From Felis catus (taxonomy: Eukaryota): a DNA stretch of 64,000 nt. The DNA lies in the NCBI RefSeq assembly GCF_018350175.1, contig NC_058368.1:103976001-104040000 (forward strand), given 5' to 3'. Below the pieces are notes generated by a model that did not search any database, had not been told where the DNA came from, and saw only the letters and a program-made list of their open reading frames with translations. The first letter of the stretch is position 1. Each line of letters opens with the position of its first letter. Of this stretch, positions 26,952-39,825 are shown piece by piece. The position numbers were made by a program, and so were the translations under genes.

Positions 26952-28828
26952 ATAAATAAACTTTAAAAAAATTTTTAAAAAGGAGACTCAGTCCTCAGGG
27001 CATACAGGGACTGGGAAGCTTCCGTATAGGACAAAGTCCAGCCAGAGCTAAATCTTGGAAGATAATCAGTGCTTGCCAGGGACCAGGAAAGACAGACGGC
27101 TTAAGCAGTACAAGTGCACGACTGGGGGGCAATATGACAGAAGGTTAAAAGCCAAGGAGGGGGTTCCAAATTGCAGAGGGTCTCCTTAATTCATCCTTAG
27201 CAGCATCCTCTAGACAGTGGAGAACTGGAAATGTTTTCAATGGAGTAGTGGTGGGGAGATGATATGAGTATTGTATCATATTTGGGTTTTTCCAAGATCA
27301 CAGGGTAAGGTGTGAGATGGAGGGAGTGTCTCTCATAGCTCACATGAAGTAGAGAAATACAGTAGCCCAGGCAGGAGACATTGAGGACCCCGGCAAAGCC
27401 AGCAGCACTGGGAAAGGACAGGAGGGGACATAACTGAAAAATATTAAGCAGATAAATTCCACAGGTCTTCGTGTCTAAATGGATTTAGTGGGAAACAGAT
27501 AGTGTATGGGAGTAACAGCTCTCAGATTGTTAGGTAGTCCCTCAGTGCTCTTACTTAGTTTGCTTATTTATGAGATATGGATAATACCTGTCTTACACAC
27601 TCATCTCGTGAGGCGTGGTATGGTGTCATGCTGTGGGTGTGAATGCTCTTTGAGAACAGCGATGCCAGTTTAAAGTCCTCTGGAAAATCCAATACGAATG
27701 GGTGGCAAGGGAGAGGGAAGAGGCAGACAACAGAGGTTTGGCAAAGCAATACATTTTCAGCGCAGGTAGAGAAAATGCATATTTGTGGTGGGAGAAATTA
27801 AGGACAGGAAGTAAGGCTGTCAGATGTAAGACTTAATAAAATCTATTTAAACTTCTTATTTTCTTGAAATAATTTTCATGTATAAATTACACTAATTCTA
27901 ACTCTTCCATCCTGTGCAAGTTAGTTATCTTTAAAATACTGGGATAAACACTTCTTTTCACCAGCAGTGAGGAGTCACTATAATTATTACCTATTTTGAT
28001 ACATGAAATAACAATTATGTTATATAATTTATATGATATATCATGTTAGTAGCAATATTATATGTGCTATATTATTTATATCATATGATACATTATATAA
28101 ATATCAAATATTTCGCTAACACTAATAAGTAAAAAACACGGTGATAGATTCCAGCGGGAAAAAAAAACAGGTAAGAGACAGTTCACGGCTTTACTTTCAT
28201 AAGCAAGTCACATGAATACTTTTGAGTCTTACAACTTGAAACAACCAAAAATGTACACTTTGTAAATTTTTTTGCCTTTGGGTAGCATGAAATGTTCTTT
28301 GCTTAAATAAGTACCTAGTTTGGAAGTGTTTTGGTTAAACCAAATCTTCTTATAGAAAACTGTTTTCTCTAATGGCTGGGTATTGCATTTTTTAAAAGTG
28401 ACAGTACCTTTCTTATCTGGTAGTTGAGTCCTCTTAATTTTCATTGGGGAAAAAAAAAATCCTGATTTTTGGAAATAGAAAGTGTTTAAACAAAGAGAAT
28501 TTTCATGTGCACTCATGACGTCCAAAGGGTCTGTGCCCATTTTGATCACTGGGAGTGATGTGGCAGGAAGTCTGAAGCTGACTTTTCTGGAAATTCCTGT
28601 ACAGCACAGCTCAGTGAACATCTTGAGCTGTCCTCACACACATGCAATTCTGAACCGTGAGAGCAAAGTACAGAAGACAGAGGAAGTAGTTCAAGTGGGG
28701 GGAAACAAAGGAGAGACAGTTTTCCGGAGCGCTCTCTGGTGCTATTTTGGACTCTTGTGGCAACTTTTAACTCCGCTGCGATGCCCACGTATCTGGGTTT
28801 TTCAGCTCGCTTACTTTTGATCTCCCCC

Positions 28829-28836
28829 TGCGCGCG

Positions 28837-28878
<42 letters not shown>
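28829..28878. repeat. (CG)n-(CA)n alternating purine-pyrimidine microsatellite
   Basis: tgcgcgcgcacgcacacaca...cac. Confidence 0.95.
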
Positions 28879-28879
<1 letters not shown>

Positions 28880-29427
28880 GCTACATAGAACAGAAAGAGT
28901 TCCAGGAAATGAAGGGTGTAAGAGGAAAGAAAGCACTTCAGTCCTCACAGATGACAGCCACTGGGGGCAGAGGCGGTTTGGATCTCCCGTGCTTCCAGTC
29001 CAAATGTCTCTTCCAACAGCTGAGGGCCAAAGCAGCCCAGCCTGTCTCCACGGACACAGGTGGGGGTGGGGGGGAGGGCCTCGAAACAAAAACACACATT
29101 TCTCTCTTGAAGCCAGCATCCAGTGGCTCTGGTTTGTTTTTTTAAACCTTTAAATGCTACTGTGCTATTAATAGGTAAACTATCCCCTTCTGGTTAAGTA
29201 CGTGTGTTTCTGGCATGATACGTTCCCTCTCTTTCCCGATTAAAAGTTACTATCACGTATGGTACCAAGAGAAAGGAAACTTAATTCAGGAGGCATTGTT
29301 AACATAGAGACAGGTTCTGCCCAAGTACTGGACTAGTGACGACTTGCTTTGGGGATTGGTAGCTTTTCCCCTTTCTCTCCTAACATCTGGCCCTCTTCCT
29401 TCTCTTTCCTGGAAGACAAGCTATAAA

Positions 29428-30766
29428 TCCAGCACCACTTGCTGAAGATACTGCCTTTATTCCACTGGATATTCTTTCCTGCTTTGTCAAAGATTAGTTG
29501 TCCATATGTTTGTGGGTCCATTTCTGGTTCTGTATTCTGTTCCACTGATCTGAGTGTCTGTTTTTGTTCCACTACCATATTATTGTCTTGATGATTACAG
29601 CTTTGTGATACAGCTTAAGGTCTGGGATTAGGATGCCTCCTGTTTTGGTTTTCTTTTTCAGGATTTCTTTGGCTATTCGTGGTCTTTTCTGGTTCCATAC
29701 AAATTAAAAAAAATTTTTTTTTCAACGTTTATTTATTTTTGGGACAGAGAGAGACAGAGCATGAACGGGGGAGGGGCAGAGAGAGAGGGAGACACAGAAT
29801 GGGAAACAGTCTCCAGGCTCTGAGCCATCAGCCCAGAGCCCGACGCGGGGCTCGAACTCACGGACCGCGAGATCGTGACCTGGCTGAAGTCGGAGGTTTA
29901 ACCGACTGCGCCACCCAGGCGCCCCTGGTTCCATACAAATTTTAGGATTGTTTGTTCTAGCTCTGTGAAGAATGCTGGAGTTATTTTGATAGGCATTGCA
30001 TTGAATATGTAGATTGCTTTGGGTAGTATTGACATGTTAACAATATTTGTTCGTCCTATCCAGGAACATGGAATCTTTTTCCATTTTTTTTGTGTGTCTC
30101 CTTCAATTTCTTTCATAAGATTTCTATAGTTTTCAGTGTATAGATTTTTTCACTTCTTTGGTTAGATTTATTCCTAGGTATTTTATGGGTTTTGGTGCAA
30201 TTGTAAATGGGATCGATTCCTTGATTTCTCTTTCTGTTGCTTCACTATTGGTGTACAGGAATGCAACCGATTTCCGTGCATTGATTTTATATCTGCCACT
30301 TTGCTGAATTCATAGATCAATTCTAGCAGTTTTTTGGTGGAATCTTTTGGGTTTTCCATATAGAGTATCATGTCATCTGCAAAGAGTGAAAGTTTGACCT
30401 CTTCCTGGCCGATTTGGATGCCTTTTATTTCTTTGTGTTGTCTGATTGCAGAGGCTAAGACTTCCAATACTATGTTGAATAACATTGGCCAGAGTGGACA
30501 TCGCTGTCTTGTTCCTGACCTTAGGGGGGAAGGTCTCAGTTTTTCTCCATTGCGGATAATATTAATGGTGGGTCTTTCGTATATGGCTTTTATGATCTCA
30601 AGGTATGCTCCTTCTATCCCTACTTTCTGGAGGGTTTTTAACAAGAAAGGTTGCTGTATTTTGTCATATGCTTTCTCTGCATCTATTTAGAGGATCATGT
30701 GGTTCTTGTCCTTTATTTTCTTGATGTGATGAATCACATTGATTGTTTTGTGGATATTGAACCAGC
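29428..30766 (-). mobile_element. L1 ORF2 internal fragment (reverse-transcriptase region), interrupted by a SINE at ~29706-29925
   Basis: ORFs 30183..30644, 29898..30116 and 29333..29578 give L1 ORF2 motifs ([31 protein letters not shown]). SINE TSD ctggttccatacaaatt at 29689 and 29925. Confidence 0.93.
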
Positions 30767-33650
30767 TGTGGCTATTTACCTTGGATACAAGATCTCTTTT
30801 GGTTTAGAGGTGTTTAAAAATCATGGCCCTCTGCAAAGCTCATTGAAAGAACTTCTTAATTATCCTTAAATTCTAGCATTCCTGCTCTGGACGATAGGCA
30901 CATTTATGAACTTGAACAGTTACACGTCCAGCTCATGTAAACAGCCTTGCTTTGATCATTCAGAATTGCCTTTAGTTGCATGTGGCTATTTTGATTTATC
31001 ACATGGCGTATTCTTTTTCTCTCTTGCCTCCTGTATATGTATTCCTAATGATCCAGCTGCTCTCCAAAATCTAAGTTTTAATTTATAGCTATTTCTAAAG
31101 TACCTGAGGTACTTTCTGATCTTAATATTTTTGATATTTTGAATATTTCCCATAATAGCTGAAGATTTGTTAATACTGTACTTTCACTATTGTTTTTCTG
31201 GGTTTCATGCCCTATTTTTTTTTTATTGTTTATTTTCTTATTTGGGGTGGGGAGCACAGAGAGAGAGAGAGAATCCCAAGGAGGCTCTGTACTGTCAGGG
31301 CTCGATCCCACAAGCTGAGATCATGACCTGACCCAAAATCAAAAGTCAGATGCTTAACCAACTGAGCCACCCATTGTACCCTATTCTTTTGTATTCTGTC
31401 TTTCTGTTTTGGTAAGTTTTTCATTCTGCTTTTAAAAGTTAGCTCTTTCCCCAAACACATCCTTCAGGCCAAAGCTTTAATAAATGTCCCCTAATATATC
31501 TTAGGTACATGAAAGGGGCGTATTCTGACACTTAGCAATTGCTGGTGTTTAAGTTTAAAGTCCTTGGCCCTGAGAAAATTATATTTTGTTTAAAGGAGCT
31601 GTGTGAAACATATTTTTAGAAATTTTGTTAGCACGAAGCAATGCAGCATACAAAATACTGTTTACATGCTGAGGGTGTAAATAATAAAAGCGAACTATCA
31701 ACAGCATCAATCTACCTTTCCTGGAAATTGGAAAAGTCAATTCCTGCCTCCTTGATATATTCTCTTGTCATTTTCTTTTTTTGTTTTCCATTTGTGCTTG
31801 GCCTCAAAATACCACTACTGAGGGGTGCCTGGGTGGCTCAGTCAGGTAAGCGTACGACTTCATCTCAGGTCATGATCTCGTGGTTCGTGGGTTCGAACCC
31901 CTCATCGGGCTCTGTGCTGACCGCTCAAAGCCTGGACCCTGCTTCAGATTCCATGTCCCTTGCTCTCTGCCCCTCCCCCACTCACGCTCTGTCTCTCTCT
32001 CTCTCTCAAAATAAATAAACATTAAAAAAAATGTTTTTTTAAATACCACTACTGATAAGTTGCTCATTTGATTATGATTCTGCTTGCAATCATGGTTTCT
32101 TCCAACAATGAAGACAGTCTGTTCGAGGTGCCATAGGGTTTAAATTACCACTCACCTAACTAATGATCATTTACATACAATGCTGGTTCAGTGAAAGGGA
32201 GAGTGAAAAGACCACCTTTTTCTCCCCTCTCCCATCTTCCCCGTGGCCCTCTTCCAATACAAGCTGTAAATCACACCTGGGAAGGAGATGACCGTGTAGG
32301 TTGAGAGAGAACGTAAGCCCAAGCCCTTTTTAAAATGCTGATTGTCATCCTGTGCTGCAAATATACTCAAAGTTGTGCAGTCAGCAAGTATTAATCACAC
32401 AGTTTCTTATATCCAGACGTCGGAAGGGAACAGATGGAGGCCAGTGTCAGAAAGGTATGTGATTCGACATGCCCTGGACATGGATCCGGGCGGTGGGGAG
32501 GTTGTGGGGAGCTGGGAAAGAGCACAGAGAATACTCCAGTGCACAGACGGAGGGCAGAACATGATACAACCAAGGCCACAGGGAGAAGACCAACATGGCT
32601 GGAACGGAGAACTCTTTCTGAAAAGCGAAGGAAGATGGCACAACTCTGGCAGGTTTTGGCTCATATCCAGATGCCGCAATCTGATGCCCAATAGAAAGCC
32701 GCTGTTGGTTCTGGAGCAGTGGCCTAACATAATGGAGGCCGTGTCTCAGGAGGATGAATTGGGCATTGATGTCCCAGGGGACTTGCAGAGGGAGACCCTG
32801 GAGATCACTGCTTTGTGTTCAGATGTCGAAGGGAAACGTGTGCAGCTGCAGCTCCCCAGAGCTGGTGACTTCATCCTAAAGCAGTGACAAAAGCCCTTTT
32901 GGGCTTTTTTTTTTTTTTTTTTTTTTACACATAAGCTAGTTTGAGTTGGGTTTCTGTCCCTTCAGAATCAGAATCGTGACAATTAAATGCTTTTTGGGAT
33001 TGAGTTGCCTTAAGCATTGAGAGAAGAGCGGGGATTGGGGCACAAAGAATCAGAAGATAGAAAGGTAGCAGTGAGTCACGTGATTAGTCACCAGCTAGGT
33101 ACTTGTCCATTTTAATGCGAATGAGGGGAGCTCTGTGGGACCCATTTAAAGAGATGTGGGGGCGCCTGGGTGGCTCAGTTGGTTAAGCATCCGACTTCGG
33201 CTCAGGTCATGATCTCGCTCGCAGTCCATGAGTTGGAGCCCCGCATTGGGCTCTGTGCTGACAGCTCAGAGCCTGGAGCCTGTTTCAGATTCTGTGTCTC
33301 CCTTTCTGTCTGACCCTCCCCCTTTCATGCTCTGTCTCTCTCTGTTTCAAAAATAAAGAAACGTTAGAAAAATAAATTTTTTTTAATTAAAAAAAAAAAA
33401 AAGGTGTGTTGGAGGGGTGCCTGGGTGGCTCAGTCGGTTAAGTGTCCCAACTTTGGCTCAGGTCATGATCTCCCAGTTTGTGAGTTCAAGTCCTGCGTTA
33501 GGCTCTGTGCTGACAGCTCAGAGCCTGGAGCCTGCTTCAGATTCTGTGTCTCCCTCTCTCTCTGTACCACCCCCATTCACATGCTGTCTCTCTCTCTCCC
33601 AAAAATAAGTAAACATTAAAAAAAGAGAGAGATGAAAAAAAAAATTAAAA

Positions 33651-33682
<32 letters not shown>

Positions 33683-35710
33683 GTGTGTTGGGGCCAGTTG
33701 GTGGCCTGGGGTAAGCCATTCTTCCCTGCCTGGTATAGCTGCTGAGTAGGAGCTAGCCCCTTGGCTATGGCAGTGTGCTTGGGACTCGGCAGAAGTAGTT
33801 TCCAGCCAGCAGAACCTTCCTTCTGCAGTCAGATAGCCTTTTTGCTCTTGTTCTCTTGGGCTCTGATGGTTTCTGAGATACTTTGCTAACGATATGTTAG
33901 CCACCTATTGCTGACAATAGACATCTGTTACGTCGAACCGTCACATCTAAATCTATGTTTGCAAAACCCCACTCACCCAACTCCATTCCCTCCTGTGGTC
34001 CCTGTAGTTTTGGGTGGCAGTTCTGTTTTCCCCATCCCCCAGAACCTTGGGATTATCTTGGATGTTGCTCTCCATTGCTTGTTCTCTGCTCCTTTCTGGT
34101 ATTATCTCTGGATTTGTTCTCCAGTGCAGTCTCTGCTTCTTGCCTTAAACTCGTCCTCCTCTCTGCCTCCAGCACCCCCCTCCCCACCCCTGTGCCTGGC
34201 CACAGGTGGAGTATAATCCTCCAGAAGTACGTAGCTCATCAGGTCTTCACGATCGAAGTGTGGGAAACGGTGAGCACTTAATATCCTGTCTGCTTAAAAA
34301 TTCCTTCTGCTTACAAATGTTCACTTTATCCCTGCTGCACAACAAATGAAGTCCAAAGGCAGCCCGCTCTCATGGGACTCAAACTTGACCACAACATAAT
34401 TGACTCTTCTTTCTGCTGCCTATACTCCAGAGAAAACCAAACTGCTAGATTTCCTTGTGCATGTGTGACTCTACCTTGTCTGCGTGTTTTTGCTTCTGCC
34501 TTTCCTTGTATTTCTGCTGCCCTTTTGGAATCTCTACAAGTCTAAATTATATGTACCCAGCTCAAACGTCCATCCTTCCTTCCCCCAATGACCGTTGCAC
34601 AAATACAGTGTCTGTTTGGATAGAAAAGCGGCAAAGGTGACCACACTGTGATACTGGAAGGTTTTGATTTTCTCCATCCAACGGGATTGATTGATTGATT
34701 TTTACTTACAGCGCAAATAGAAATACAATTTACACTTCCGGTTTCTTGTACTGAAATGTATTTCTGACAGCTTTAATATGTGTCTGCTAAATGAGAAAAG
34801 ACATATTGCTCCCATACACACACACAGTGATCATGCTTATTTCCTCCACAAATCTTCCCTGGTTTTCCTCTTGACAATTGGAAGAGATTTCTGAATTCCC
34901 AAGGCACTATCTTTGTGGTAGACATCCCTTATAACCTATATTATGCTTTACGTAGGTGCTAAATTAAAATTCCCTGTAGAGGCTAAGTCCTGGAGAGGGC
35001 AGCATCTGGCAGTATATTTTACACTTAGTAGGAACTCAAACATTGGAGGATAGTGGGGCGCCCGGGTGGCTTAGTCAATTAAGCACCTGACTCTTGATTT
35101 CGGCTCAGGTCATGATCTCATAGCTGGTGAGTTTGAGTCCTGGGTTGGGCTATGCACTGACAGTGCAGAGCCTGGCTGGGATTCTCTCTCATTCTCTCTG
35201 TCTACCCCTCCCCCACTCATGATCGCTCTCACTCTCTCTCTTTGCCTCCTTCCCTCCCTCCCTCTCTCTCAAAATAAATAAAACATTAAAAAATAAAAAC
35301 ACTTGAAAACAAAGACTTGGATAGCAGACCCACCACTTTTATGATTTATGCTATATTTTACAACTTCTTTATAAGGATACTAACATGTTTTTAAATGTTC
35401 ACAAAATAATACAGTGCATTAAAATTTATCAAGTACTCAATTCCTGCCTCTCCCATTCTCCATCTGCCTCCCTGGTAGCTTCTTCTGACTGTACCTGATT
35501 TACCTCTTGTGGTTACTTCATTATCTACAAAAATGTTTATATTTTTTCTTACTGACTTTAAACCTTATCTCTTCACTTTCCTGTTTTGATGGAACATAAG
35601 TCAACTCAGACTAACTCCCTGCTTCCCTCTACCTACCCCCAATGTTAAGTAGGCATATCCCTCTAAGTCCTATTTTCTCTTTTATCCCTTTATTTTTTTA
35701 ATGTTTATTT

Positions 35711-35749
<39 letters not shown>

Positions 35750-36506
35750 CGTGCAGTGGAGGGCCAGAGATAGGGAGACACAGAATCTGAAGCAGGCTCC
35801 AGCCTCTGAGCTGTCAGTCCAGAGCCCGACACGGGGCTTGAACCCACGAACAGTAAGATCATGATCTGAGCTGAAGGTGGATGCTTAATCGACTGAGCCA
35901 CCCAGGTGCCCCTCTCTTTTATCTCTTTCAATAATATATCAACCTACGTCTGATGAACAGCCAGTGAACAGGTTTTTTCATGAGAGTTTGGGGGTGTGCT
36001 TGAAGGGAGGTGAGTGAGGGTGTCAGGAGCATAGGAGAGGTGGACAAGGCAGGTCACCAGGTGCCTTGTAAGCTATTATGGACTTGGACTCAGAATTGAA
36101 GAGTCGGGGCTCCTAGGTGGCTCTGCTCTGTCAATTAAGTGTCAGACTCTTGATGTCAGCTCAGGCCATGATCTCACAGTTCGTGAGTTTGAGCCCCATG
36201 TTGGGCTCTGCACTGACAATGTGGAACCCCATGGGGATTGTCTCCCCTGCCCCCTCTGCCCCTCCCCTGCTCGCTCACTGTCTCTCAAAATAAATAAATA
36301 AACTTACTATGAAAAAAAAAAAAAACAAAGAGAATTAAAGAGTCAAGGAAGGTTTCCCTTGCCCCATAATCTGTTTCATGGGTACCATCTTCTCTCTCAG
36401 AAGATATGCATTAGAAGACTATGGGTTTGTGCTTGTTTGGTTGTCTGTCTTAAGTTTTCTTCTGTGCTCTCAAGTCTGTTTCCTAAGGATTTTACTTCGC
36501 TGTTGG

Positions 36507-36855
36507 TACCAGAAAGGTTGTCAACTAAAAGACTGAACATACTTAGGTGCAGGGTACCCAGGATGTAGTGTGGAGCCCCACAGTGCTGTTGGTTTATGTT
36601 GGTCTTTTCGTTAAGACTTCAGGCTTTCTTCAAGGGGCTGGCAGTCCTGTGTTGTCGTCTCCTATTTCAGAAAGAGGGACTAGAGAGCTGTTCTGGGATC
36701 TATGGAAGGACATGTGTAGTGGATTGGCGCCTAGCCTGGGGACTACTTGATTCCAAATGGGAGGATGAGAAGGATTTACTGTGGGGCTCCACACTCCATC
36801 CTGGGTGCCCTGCACCTAAGTATGTTCAGTCTGTTAGTTGACAACCTTTCTGGTA
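36507..36855. repeat. Long inverted repeat, 78-bp arms, 193-bp spacer
   Basis: 36507-36584 is the reverse complement of 36778-36855 with 3 mismatches. Confidence 0.95.
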
Positions 36856-37080
36856 TCTCACCCCCATGGCTAAGTATCTGCCAGCTTGATGGTAGGTCTG
36901 ATGATGGGAGCGGGGGTCCAGAGGAGGCATTTAAAGAACTCTTATTCAGGGGCTCCTGGGTGGCTCAGTCAGTTGAGCGTCTGACTGTGGATTCTGGCTC
37001 AGGTCACGATCTCAGGGTCATGGGATTGAGCCCCACCTTGGGCTCCATGCTAAGCATGGAGCCTGCTTAAGATTCTCTTT

Positions 37081-37432
37081 AACTATATGGCCCTTTGTAG
37101 CAACATGGATGGAACTGGAGAGTGTGATGCTAAGTGAAATAAGCCATACAGAGAAAGACAGATACCATATGTTTTCACTCTTATGTGGATCCTGAGAAAC
37201 TTAACAGAAACCCAAGGGGGAGGGGAAGGGAAAAAAAAAAAAAAGAGGTTAGAGTGGAAGAGAGCCAAAGCATAAGAGACTCTTAAAAACTGAGAACAAA
37301 CTGAGGGTTGATGGGGGGTGGGGGAGAGGGGAAAGTGGGTGATGGGTATTGAGGAGGGCACCTGTTGGGATGAGCACTGGGTGTTGTATGGAAACCAATT
37401 TGACAATAAACTTCATATATTGAAACAAAAAA
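37081..37432 (+). mobile_element. 5'-truncated felid L1 3' end inserted inside a SINE (host SINE ~36948-37520)
   Basis: L1 ORF2 end/3'UTR (gcaacatggatggaactggagagtgtgatgctaagtgaaat...gacaataaa) with A tail; TSD aagattctcttt at 37069 and 37433. Confidence 0.88.
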
Positions 37433-38254
37433 AAGATTCTCTTTCACTCTTTCTCTGCCCTTCTCCCCCATTCATGCTGTCTCAAAATAAAATAAAATAA
37501 AATAAAATAGCATAAAATAATAAAATCTCCTTGACACCTTTAATTTAATCTCATGTATTCATCCACTTCTTAGTCCTCCTCCTCCAGCACCTCACGGGAC
37601 TCTGATAGACCAGATCACTGTTCTCTTATCTTCCACTAACGCCCATGTTCTAAGTACAGCTTCATTACGTTGCTGCACAAGTTAATATTGTACTTTACTT
37701 TCCACTTTATATATTACAGAAATTTGGGGACTTAACGCTTCTGTTGATGGTTTCCCTCCATTATCAGCAGGAGTGTTACTTTTTTTAGTTATTTTAAAGG
37801 GCTCAGTAAGGAGAGACAAACATTTGTGCTCGATCTCTCCCTCTTGAACTAGAAAGCCTGTCAGGTTTCATTAAAGGTTTCACTGAAACCAAAGAATACT
37901 ATGTTTTGGGCATTTTTTTCTATCTGCCAGGAAGCCCATCAGAAAAAAAAAAAAAAGTTAATTTGTCAGAGATACTTTATTATTATTTGTCAGAGACATT
38001 TATTTTGAAATTTTTAATGTTAATTATTTCTTTTTGACAGAGACATAGACAGAGCACAAGACAGGGAGGGGCAGAGAGAGACAGACAGGGAGACACAGAA
38101 TCCAAAGCAGACTCCAGGCTCTGAGCTGTCAACACAGAGCCCTATGCAAGGCTCGAACTCACAAACCATGAGATCATGTCCTGAGCCGAAGTCGGACGCT
38201 TAACCAACTGAGCCACCCAGATACCCCGTTATTTATTTTGACAGAAAGAGAGAG

Positions 38255-38355
38255 GGGGAGGGAGGGAGGGAGGGAGGGAGGGAGGGAGGGAGGAAGGAAG
38301 GGAGGGAGGGAGGGAGGGAGGGAGGGAGGGAGGGAGGGAGGGAGGGAGGGAGGAA
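38255..38355. repeat. (GGGA)n tract replacing the (GA)n segment of an antisense SINE
   Basis: About 100 nt of gggagggag... inside SINE 38228-38492. Confidence 0.9.
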
Positions 38356-38639
38356 ATGAATATTAATCCCAAGCAGGCTTGCGCTGACAGCACAGAGCCC
38401 GATGTGGGGCTCACTCTCACAAACCATGAGATCGCCACCTGCTCTGAAATCAAGAGTCTGATGCCTAACCGACTGAGCCACCCAGGTGCCCCAACATTTT
38501 ATTTTAATGTTATGCCAACCCCTAATATCCACTGAACTTCTAATTGTTTAACATCATTTATTCAAAAAGTCAGTTCTAGAATATTGCAAGCATTGGTTAT
38601 GTAGTTGTGATAAGACTGTGTCTCCTAAATGTTTCAATC

Positions 38640-39310
38640 AATTGCCCATTAGAAAAATTGGCAAAATGTACATGCAAGCAGCTAATCCACAATACAGGAA
38701 ATTTAAAAATATATGAGAACATACTCAGACTTACTCATAAGAAGAGAACAGTAAATCAAAACGATAATGGGATTTTTCTTTACCTCTCACATTTGCAAAG
38801 ATCAAAAATTTAAAACGAGTCATTAAATTACTATTGTTATCCTGTGTACCAGGCACGCAGAAATTTTTTTCTTTTTAGTTTCACACTTTACTAGTAAGAA
38901 TGTATAAACACTGTTTTATATGGTGGGTGTGGCTTACAAAACCTCTACTGAGGGCAATTTGGCAACAACTATAAATGTTTTAAATTGTGTTTGTTTTGAC
39001 ACAGGTGATCCATTTCCAGGAAATTATCCTATGGATATATTCACACACATAATAAACATACAAGGATATTTGTTGCGGTGTTATTTTTATTTGTCATTAG
39101 ACTGAAATCCACCTAAATGCCCATCAATAAGGAACTGATTAAATTATAATTCATCCTTTACAGTGGAACTCATGCAATCATTAAAAAGAATGAGGAAGCC
39201 CTGTATATTCTGATAGGGAAAGAGCACCAATATAAACAGAAAAAAAAAAAGAAAAGAAAAGAAAAGGAAACTATATGATAACATGGTATCATTTGTGCTT
39301 TAAAAATACA
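38640..39310 (+). mobile_element. Old L1ME/MC-type 3' fragment
   Basis: Diverged L1 motifs: gagggcaatttggcaa, ccaggaaattatcct, cctaaatgcccatcaata, attaaaaagaatgagg. Confidence 0.55.
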
Positions 39311-39825
39311 CACTCAGATGTGCCCAGCCTCTTCCTGGAAAGACACACAGTTGCCAGGAACAGTAGTGGGTGCCTCTTTGGAGAAAAACAGGGCCACCGT
39401 GAAATAGGGATAGAAAGGAGATTTGGTTTTTGATTTGTAACTTTTTTTTTTTTAAGTTTATTTTTGAGAGAGCACGAGTAGGGGAGGGGCAGAGAGAGAG
39501 GAGGAAACAGGATCCAAAGCAGATTCCATGCTGGCACCAGTAAGCCCAGCGTGGGGCTTGAGCTCAAGAACAGTGAGATCGTTGAGGTTTGTGAGTTCGA
39601 GCCCCACGTCAGGCTCTGTGCTGACAGCTCAGAGCCTGGAGCGTGCTTCGGATTCTGTGTCTCCCTCTGTCTCTACCCCACCCCTGCTTGTGCTCTCTCT
39701 CTGTCTTTCAAAAATTAATAAACATAAAAAAAAACAAAGTAAATAAAAAAGAACAGTGAGATCATGACCTGAATTGAAGTCAGAAGCTCAACCAACTAAG
39801 CCATCCAGGCACCCCATTTTTGTAA

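Noticed and set aside
28909..29145. 78-aa ORF MKGVRGKK... as an alternative GRAMD2B first coding exon
   Set aside because: The plausible donor (ACAG|GTGGG near 29060) is phase 1 but exon 2 needs phase 2; no recognisable homology.
32342..32887. 181-aa ORF
   Set aside because: No ATG start, no recognisable domain; purine-rich sequence resembling decayed L2/old repeat.
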